From a virus: a stretch of 64,000 bases of DNA. Positions within the stretch are counted from its first letter, which is position 1. Every line of letters starts with the position of its first letter. The notes under the pieces were generated by a model. It was given only the letters and a program-made list of their open reading frames with translations. It did not search any database and was not told the DNA's origin. Of this stretch, positions 58,512-64,000 are shown piece by piece. Both the position numbers and the translations under genes were made by a program. The DNA lies in the IMG/VR virus record IMGVR_UViG_3300025057_000003, positions 51,585 to 115,584 of that record, one strand, 5' to 3'.

Positions 58512-59023
58512 TTTACCAATAAGAAGTTTTTAGGTAATAAACCTAAATACATAAATCTTAGTATTACATCTTCATATGTAATACCTAAACTCTTTAATGA
58601 AGTCTTATTTATATAGCTAGGATCAATATCTGTTACAGGAACATTTATTAAATCTCTTACAAAAGGACTTCTCTCACCAAAAGTAACATATAAAAACTGA
58701 TTAAGCCTTTTGTTACATATTATTTGCTTCCACTCATTAATAACATTTTGACCTTTACGCCATACTTTACTAATTCTTTTTTTCTTTTGCGGATGCATTC
58801 TGGCAATTTCTTCTTTTGAATAAACGTTTAAGCCGTGTAATACACGCTTAAATAAGAAATGTTGTTGTGGGTTGAGTTTTGTGTAGTCTAATTTTTCAAT
58901 ATTAGCCTTGTTTGCACAGTAAGACTCATATATTCCATAATACATAAATCTTTCTTCTCTTTGTTTTAGTTGCATTATAGCTTTTTCTTTTTCTAGTAAT
59001 GCTTGTTGATCTTGAGATAACAT
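58508..59023 (-). CDS. Hypothetical protein
   Basis: 171-aa basic ORF. Confidence 0.75.
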   Translation of the reverse strand: MLSQDQQALLEKEKAIMQLKQREERFMYYGIYESYCANKANIEKLDYTKLNPQQHFLFKRVLHGLNVYSKEEIARMHPQKKKRISKVWRKGQNVINEWKQIICNKRLNQFLYVTFGERSPFVRDLINVPVTDIDPSYINKTSLKSLGITYEDVILRFMYLGLLPKNFLLVK

Positions 59024-59045
59024 AATATATTGGTTTTAATTAATA

Positions 59046-59089
59046 AAAAAAGGGGTCTTCCAGCTATGATTTTACTGGAAGATACCCCC
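59046..59089 (-). terminator. Intrinsic terminator preceded by a structured region
   Basis: GGGG-ta-TCTTCCAG...CTGGAAGA-CCCC followed by a U-tract. Confidence 0.75.
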
Positions 59090-59173
59090 GTCTGCTTAAT
59101 ATCACTGACTTTACAGTGCCCAATCTTTGGATACAATGCCATTAAGGACTTACATAATCACCTGTATTGGCTT

Positions 59174-59731
59174 TTATAATTCAAATGAATCTTCTTCTTC
59201 TAATTCATCCCCTTCTGCTTCAGCTACAACTTCTTCTTCTTCTTCTAATTCAGGTTCTGCCGTTTCTTCAGGAAATTCATCTTCAGCTATTGCTTCTGCA
59301 CCTGCACCTTCTGCATTTGCAGCTCTAATAGCATCACCATTTGCATGAGGAATCATGACATCCTCTTGTAAACCAGTTGCATCATAGAACGTAGTTCTAT
59401 AAATTGGCTCACCATCAGCAGTACAACAAATAATTCCCGTACTACCTGCAATTTTAAGATCACGATCTGGATCCTCTGAATTAAATGGTTCTGTAGATTC
59501 TTTAACTACAATTTTACCATCTAACGTCTGACCATTCTTGAATTTTAATTCTTTAAGGTCATCTATATTACCCAAAATAAGGGCGCTTCTTGTTTTTCTT
59601 TGAACCCATCCATTAGCACTATAGCTTACTGCATCTTGGGTTACTCTTACATATCCAATGTCTGGATTCTTTGACTGACGTATAACATTATTGTTATCAT
59701 CAGCAACAACTGTTACTTTGCTGTTTGACAT
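59174..59731 (-). CDS. Beta-rich protein with a long acidic tail (second SSB-like or DNA-mimic candidate)
   Basis: Beta-strand-rich core and a Glu-rich C-terminus ending in DSFEL. Confidence 0.55.
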   Translation of the reverse strand: MSNSKVTVVADDNNNVIRQSKNPDIGYVRVTQDAVSYSANGWVQRKTRSALILGNIDDLKELKFKNGQTLDGKIVVKESTEPFNSEDPDRDLKIAGSTGIICCTADGEPIYRTTFYDATGLQEDVMIPHANGDAIRAANAEGAGAEAIAEDEFPEETAEPELEEEEEVVAEAEGDELEEEDSFEL

Positions 59732-59763
59732 AATAAAAAAATTTAAAAGGTTTTAGAATACTA

Positions 59764-60036
59764 TTATTCTATATCATCTGGATAAAAATCTGAATCAATC
59801 ATTTTATCTTCATCATCTATTTCATGTAACTCAGGCTCATATTCTTCAAGATAATCTTCTTCAAATACTTGTTTAGCCGTTGTATCTGTAAATGATTTAT
59901 AAAATGGATTGTTAGATTCTTCTGAAGTATACTGAACTCCCAGTCCGTTTAGCTCTTTGAATTCCTGATCAGATAAATCTAAATAGATCTCAACTGAGCA
60001 TTCAATAATCTTTCCGGATGGTAATTGTATAATCAT
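59764..60036 (-). CDS. Small acidic protein
   Basis: MIIQLPSGKIIECSVE..., highly acidic; a TAAATTTG box lies at 60051-60058 upstream. Confidence 0.7.
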   Translation of the reverse strand: MIIQLPSGKIIECSVEIYLDLSDQEFKELNGLGVQYTSEESNNPFYKSFTDTTAKQVFEEDYLEEYEPELHEIDDEDKMIDSDFYPDDIE

Positions 60037-60138
60037 GGCATAAGAGTAACCAAATTTAACAATTAAACGTTCAATTTATAAGAAAGTATTGCGTTATTGA
60101 ACTTAAAAACAAAAAAAAGTTATAATAATATAGCTAAC

Positions 60139-60378
60139 TCAAATAAGTTTGATTTTACGTCCCACTCTTTTTATGTAATTAAGTTCTTTTAATTCTGAAA
60201 TATAGACAGATATTTGTGTTTGACTCTTATTTGATATATCTGCAAGTGTTGATATGGAAGGATAACATGTTCTAGATTTATCAGCATAGCATGTTAACAA
60301 TGCATACAAACCTTTTGCTTGTAAAGATAGCTCTGGATCTGTTATCACATCATAATTTACTATACCAAATCTTTTCAT
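60139..60378 (-). CDS. Winged HTH protein (HTH_36-like)
   Basis: DPELSLQAKGLYALL...CYPSISTLA...ISELKELNYI. Confidence 0.8.
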   Translation of the reverse strand: MKRFGIVNYDVITDPELSLQAKGLYALLTCYADKSRTCYPSISTLADISNKSQTQISVYISELKELNYIKRVGRKIKLI

Positions 60379-60587
60379 TTATAATCTTCAGGATTCTCTA
60401 TTACATAAGTTTTTAGGATATGATCATAAGCATCTTTATCATCTAATTTTAATAGTGCATCATCTTGCCATGTATACTTACTGTTCATATCTTCTCCAAA
60501 AGAATTTTGTTTATTCTTTAGAAAATATTTAAAACCTAAGTATGTTTCATATTCAGTATCAAGTAGTTGAGGTGATATTTGAGGCAT
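60375..60587 (-). CDS. Hypothetical protein
   Basis: 70-aa ORF coupled to its neighbours. Confidence 0.6.
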   Translation of the reverse strand: MPQISPQLLDTEYETYLGFKYFLKNKQNSFGEDMNSKYTWQDDALLKLDDKDAYDHILKTYVIENPEDYK

Positions 60588-61023
60588 TGTTAAAGTATTT
60601 AATTTCTGATTTATTTATTTTTATAAGACTAGCTGTAAAAATCTTAACGTCTAATATAGCAAGTTTTAGGTTATCATCATATAAATATAATCCACACTGC
60701 ATTTTATAATAATAAGGATCAAATTTGTCACCCCAGTCATCTGAATTATGTACATGACCATAAACATAACCATCTTTATATAAACCTAAATCATATAATT
60801 GATCTATGTCTGTAGCTCCACCAAATTCATTCTCATCCCATTCAGTTTTAAAATAGTCACCTTTCTTTAAGAACTGATAATTATCATCATACATAACAGT
60901 TGCTATATATTCTAATTGATTTTGAGATAATATACCTGCTAATAATTCTACAACTTTTGGTGAAGCATCTTGTTTTAATACATTTTTCAATAGTAATGCA
61001 TTCAATTTAGTCTTACTTGTCAT
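60559..61023 (-). CDS. Hypothetical protein
   Basis: 154-aa ORF with an A-rich leader. Confidence 0.7.
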   Translation of the reverse strand: MTSKTKLNALLLKNVLKQDASPKVVELLAGILSQNQLEYIATVMYDDNYQFLKKGDYFKTEWDENEFGGATDIDQLYDLGLYKDGYVYGHVHNSDDWGDKFDPYYYKMQCGLYLYDDNLKLAILDVKIFTASLIKINKSEIKYFNNASNITSTT

Positions 61024-61154
61024 TTAATTGTTTTTTTAAAGGTAAGAACGCAGGCAGGCACCACACCTACCTGCATCACTTACCTACCACTCATCAACCT
61101 AACCAATGTTGATTTTTAATACTGGTATTGTTAGTATACGGTATACCGGAATTA

Positions 61155-61661
61155 TTAATAAAAAATATCTTCAGGTAGTACTAAGAATCTTTCATATGGA
61201 TGATCATCATCACGTTCAAATGAACATAAATCTTCATCTGTCAATTGTTTTACATTTTCTCTTATTGTAGAGTACATATGTCTTATCTTACGAAAAGTAC
61301 CTATGTTTACATAATGGTTATTAAAATTAATACCCTTGTATTCTTCAGAATAAGTAAATATAATTTGAGTTCCTCCATAGAAATTACAAGTGTAACCATC
61401 TCTTTTTAATACCATCTTGCTTGGTAATGCTAATGCTTCCAATCTTCTTCCAAGTTCTCGATACCATTTAGGTATTTTGGCACCAATAGGATAATAATTA
61501 TAATCACTTGTTGTTATATTTTTGTTGGTGTTATAGGTTACTGTTAATACATTGTTGAAATAACTATGAACTAATATTATTTCATTGTCTGTATGAACTA
61601 GTTCCATGGCATGACCTTTAAAAGTCTTGCCACGGTCTAGTTTAAAAATGGATCTCCACAT
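61155..61661 (-). CDS. Hypothetical protein
   Basis: 168-aa ORF. Confidence 0.7.
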   Translation of the reverse strand: MWRSIFKLDRGKTFKGHAMELVHTDNEIILVHSYFNNVLTVTYNTNKNITTSDYNYYPIGAKIPKWYRELGRRLEALALPSKMVLKRDGYTCNFYGGTQIIFTYSEEYKGINFNNHYVNIGTFRKIRHMYSTIRENVKQLTDEDLCSFERDDDHPYERFLVLPEDIFY

Positions 61662-61868
61662 ATTATGTTACTATTAAAGCAAGAACTGTCATAAATGTGA
61701 ACCAAGATACAGTTGCTACTGTTGTGTTGAATCTAATTTTCTTTTTCATTGTTTAAAATTTAGGGGGTTAATACTTTGATTTCTTTGTCTTCATCACTTC
61801 TTTTATAAGCAATGGCTAAAGATGGGGTTATAAACTTAACCCCATTTCTTATGTATAAATACAATTCT

Positions 61869-62069
61869 TTATCTTCCATGATATTTCTTTACATTTATTT
61901 CAAATACTAAAAATGGTATAACAATATTATACCTTCTGGTTGTATAATTGCTATATGTACTTTTAGGATCTATTGCAAATCCAAATGCTATAATAAACCC
62001 AGCGTCAACATCAAATGTTATTGACTTAGCTTTTCTTTTGATAGTGTAACTCATAATTATAGTTTTCAT
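61869..62069 (-). CDS. Hypothetical protein
   Basis: 66-aa ORF, ATGA-coupled. Confidence 0.55.
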   Translation of the reverse strand: MKTIIMSYTIKRKAKSITFDVDAGFIIAFGFAIDPKSTYSNYTTRRYNIVIPFLVFEINVKKYHGR

Positions 62070-62311
62070 AAGGATTTTTTATTTTGATAGTTATATAATT
62101 TAGGATCCATCCAAGAACATCTTATTCCTTTACGTAATCTTTTACGATCCATTCTTTTTGATTTTCTGTAATGTTTCTTATAATTAAATCCTTTGGGTTT
62201 AACTCCTCCATCTGCAGTTTTAGCAATAGATATAGGTGTTTGTGCTTGTACTGTCTCAGTCAATGAGACTGATAAAATCATAATAATGCTGGTAGCAATA
62301 ATTTTAATCAT
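62066..62311 (-). CDS. Secreted/basic hypothetical protein
   Basis: Signal-peptide-like N-terminus (..VQAQ) and a basic tail. Confidence 0.6.
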   Translation of the reverse strand: MIKIIATSIIMILSVSLTETVQAQTPISIAKTADGGVKPKGFNYKKHYRKSKRMDRKRLRKGIRCSWMDPKLYNYQNKKSL

Positions 62312-62331
62312 GTTTTTTAAATTTAAGAGAG

Positions 62332-62357
62332 AAAAAAATCCCCGGACTTTCCGGGGA
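62332..62357 (-). terminator. Intrinsic terminator
   Basis: TCCCCGGA-aag-TCCGGGGA followed by 7 U. Confidence 0.85.
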
Positions 62358-62363
62358 ATATGT

Positions 62364-62585
62364 TTACTTTGTTTGTGACATGGTTGATAATTGATCTTCT
62401 AAGCTTTCTATATAGTTACCACATATAATTAATGCACAAGCTAGAGATCCAGGTGCAATTGATAGTGTTAACCATTCTTGATCTATTGGGCCACCAAAAA
62501 TTGTAATGTAAAGTGGTGCCATAAACAATAAACTACATATCATACCTAGTATGATACATAGTTGTCCTTTATTTTTCTTTTTCAT
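62364..62585 (-). CDS. Two-TM membrane protein
   Basis: Two hydrophobic segments. Confidence 0.6.
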   Translation of the reverse strand: MKKKNKGQLCIILGMICSLLFMAPLYITIFGGPIDQEWLTLSIAPGSLACALIICGNYIESLEDQLSTMSQTK

Positions 62586-62693
62586 TTGGTTGATTTTTGT
62601 GTTTAACTTTTCTACGATATTTCTTTTTGTTTCTGTGTATTCTATGCTTCATAGCTTCTTGTATCTCTTGTTGAGTTACTTGAATCTTTTCCA

Positions 62694-62900
62694 TCAGTTT
62701 GATCCTGAAGACTCTTTATGTCTTCTATCATTACCTCTATAGGTATGATCAGAAACTGTTAGCATTGGCATAAACATACATCCCCAGAAACAATAGCATA
62801 ATAAAAATGCTAGGATGTTTAAGTCACCCATACTTCCCAGTATGGCTGTGAACGTTCCTAATAACAGGACCGCCCACAAATACATTGCTAAATTTTTCAT
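62694..62900 (-). CDS. Two-TM membrane protein
   Basis: Hydrophobic; ATGA-coupled. Confidence 0.6.
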   Translation of the reverse strand: MKNLAMYLWAVLLLGTFTAILGSMGDLNILAFLLCYCFWGCMFMPMLTVSDHTYRGNDRRHKESSGSN

Positions 62901-63157
62901 AATGTTTCTTTTACAGTGTTAGGAAATAATTGCTCATCAACAGATCTATGATTAACAAAATCAATTTGTTTAATCATATATTTGACAGTATCATATCTTT
63001 CTTCAAGACTATCTGCCCCAAAACCTTCTTTGTTATCTGCAATTTCAATAGCAAGTTTAGTTTTTTCTTCTAATAGCATATTCTTTATACTATCTCTTTC
63101 TTCTTTTGGTAGATGGTTTATCATCTTTCTTAATACGTTTAATTCTGACGTGTCCAT
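62897..63157 (-). CDS. Hypothetical protein
   Basis: 86-aa helical ORF. Confidence 0.65.
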   Translation of the reverse strand: MDTSELNVLRKMINHLPKEERDSIKNMLLEEKTKLAIEIADNKEGFGADSLEERYDTVKYMIKQIDFVNHRSVDEQLFPNTVKETL

Positions 63158-63162
63158 AATTT

Positions 63163-63498
63163 TTATTTTTTGTGGTTAATAATTTTTAATTCAGATCTAT
63201 AAAATTCATTTAACATTTGTTGTGGTGCTTCATGAAACCATTTTAAATAATCAAAAAAGTATTTACTATTATAATGAGATCCATCCATAACGTCTCTTTC
63301 TTCAAGTTCACCGTCTTTGATCAAGTAAATAAATAAGGCTATTCCAATAGGTTTAATATGAAATCCATCATTGCATGTGTATTCATAGTCTGGTATGACA
63401 TGTAATTCAAAATTACTATCAGCTTTGCTGGTAATAATAGTAGGCTTTTCTATCTCCATGTCAAATAGATAGATAGCATCTTCAAATAAGTTTCTCAT
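63163..63498 (-). CDS. Hypothetical protein
   Basis: 111-aa ORF. Confidence 0.65.
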   Translation of the reverse strand: MRNLFEDAIYLFDMEIEKPTIITSKADSNFELHVIPDYEYTCNDGFHIKPIGIALFIYLIKDGELEERDVMDGSHYNSKYFFDYLKWFHEAPQQMLNEFYRSELKIINHKK

Positions 63499-63509
63499 GA
63501 TGATGTAGT

Positions 63510-64000
63510 TTACTTGGGTAGAAGTTTTCTCCTACCCAAGATGAATGTTAAAATAAATACAATAAGTATAACTCCTGATACTAATAGATCTACAAATTCA
63601 CTATTAAGCTGAGGTATAAATACAGATAAAACTAACTTCAATCCTAATACACCTATGATACCGAATGCTATTTTTTCAAGGTTAGGTATTTGGTTAAGTA
63701 ATGAGATAAGTTTTACTGTGGCAAATCTGATTGCAAGTATACCAATAAACACACCTATACAAATTAGGATGTAGTTATCAGTAAATGCTACAGCTGAAAA
63801 GATATTATCTATACTAAATACAATATCTACAAACTCAATAAGAACTACTGTTGACCAGAATTTATTTAAGAATGGTATCTTAAATGTTTTTGCTTCCGGA
63901 TTATCAGAGTTTCTAAATGAACTTATACAAAGATATACGAGATATAATCCACCTATAACTTTGAGGTATGTAAGTTGTATAAGATATACAGCAAACAACA
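63510..64000 (-). CDS. terC: TerC-family membrane protein (5'-truncated by the window edge)
   Basis: LKVIGGLYL, FWSTVVLIEFVDIVFSIDNIFSAVAFT, GVFIGILAIRF and IGVLGLKL motifs. Confidence 0.9.
   Translation of the reverse strand, partial: LFAVYLIQLTYLKVIGGLYLVYLCISSFRNSDNPEAKTFKIPFLNKFWSTVVLIEFVDIVFSIDNIFSAVAFTDNYILICIGVFIGILAIRFATVKLISLLNQIPNLEKIAFGIIGVLGLKLVLSVFIPQLNSEFVDLLVSGVILIVFILTFILGRRKLLPK

Noticed and set aside
1-64000. Stop-codon reassignment (TAG or TGA), as in some gut crAss-like phages
   Set aside because: Very long ORFs are intact in code 11, and TAG and TGA both end genes at sensible junctions (e.g. 15877, 26212, 33326).

Overview
This AT-rich window (standard code 11; no tRNA, rRNA or CRISPR seen) is best explained as part of a lytic Crassvirales / crAss-like phage genome infecting a Bacteroidota host, probably an environmental Flavobacteriia. 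It has four blocks. (1) 1-21576 (+) encodes virion cargo/ejection proteins. These include a 5.2-kaa polyprotein carrying the crAss-type virion RNA polymerase (RIPSQ and DFDID motifs) fused to a zincin and other domains, and a 1.9-kaa protein with a PD-(D/E)xK nuclease. (2) 21774-23924 (-) holds a class II ribonucleotide reductase. (3) 24039-33157 (+) is a late block with membrane/holin genes, small basic xxGG-motif proteins and three modular tail fibre/tailspike genes. (4) 33243-64000 (-) holds replication, repair and host-takeover genes: PolB, exonuclease, spore photoproduct lyase-like radical SAM enzyme, a MoxR-vWA operon, RusA, primase, SSB, Sak4-like ATPase, DnaB, UNG, ClpS, SF2 helicase, envelope Cys-hydrolases and TerC. 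The most notable unexplained signals are: (a) a two-copy intergenic three-way-junction RNA motif with compensatory base changes (46743-46805 and 55444-55507), plus other structured intergenic elements; (b) a MoxR AAA+/vWA-metallopeptidase operon with three neighbouring proteins that share one helical motif, two of them BRCT-like paralogs; (c) the fused, polyvalent virion RNAP. All calls come from motifs read by eye; no database searches were run.
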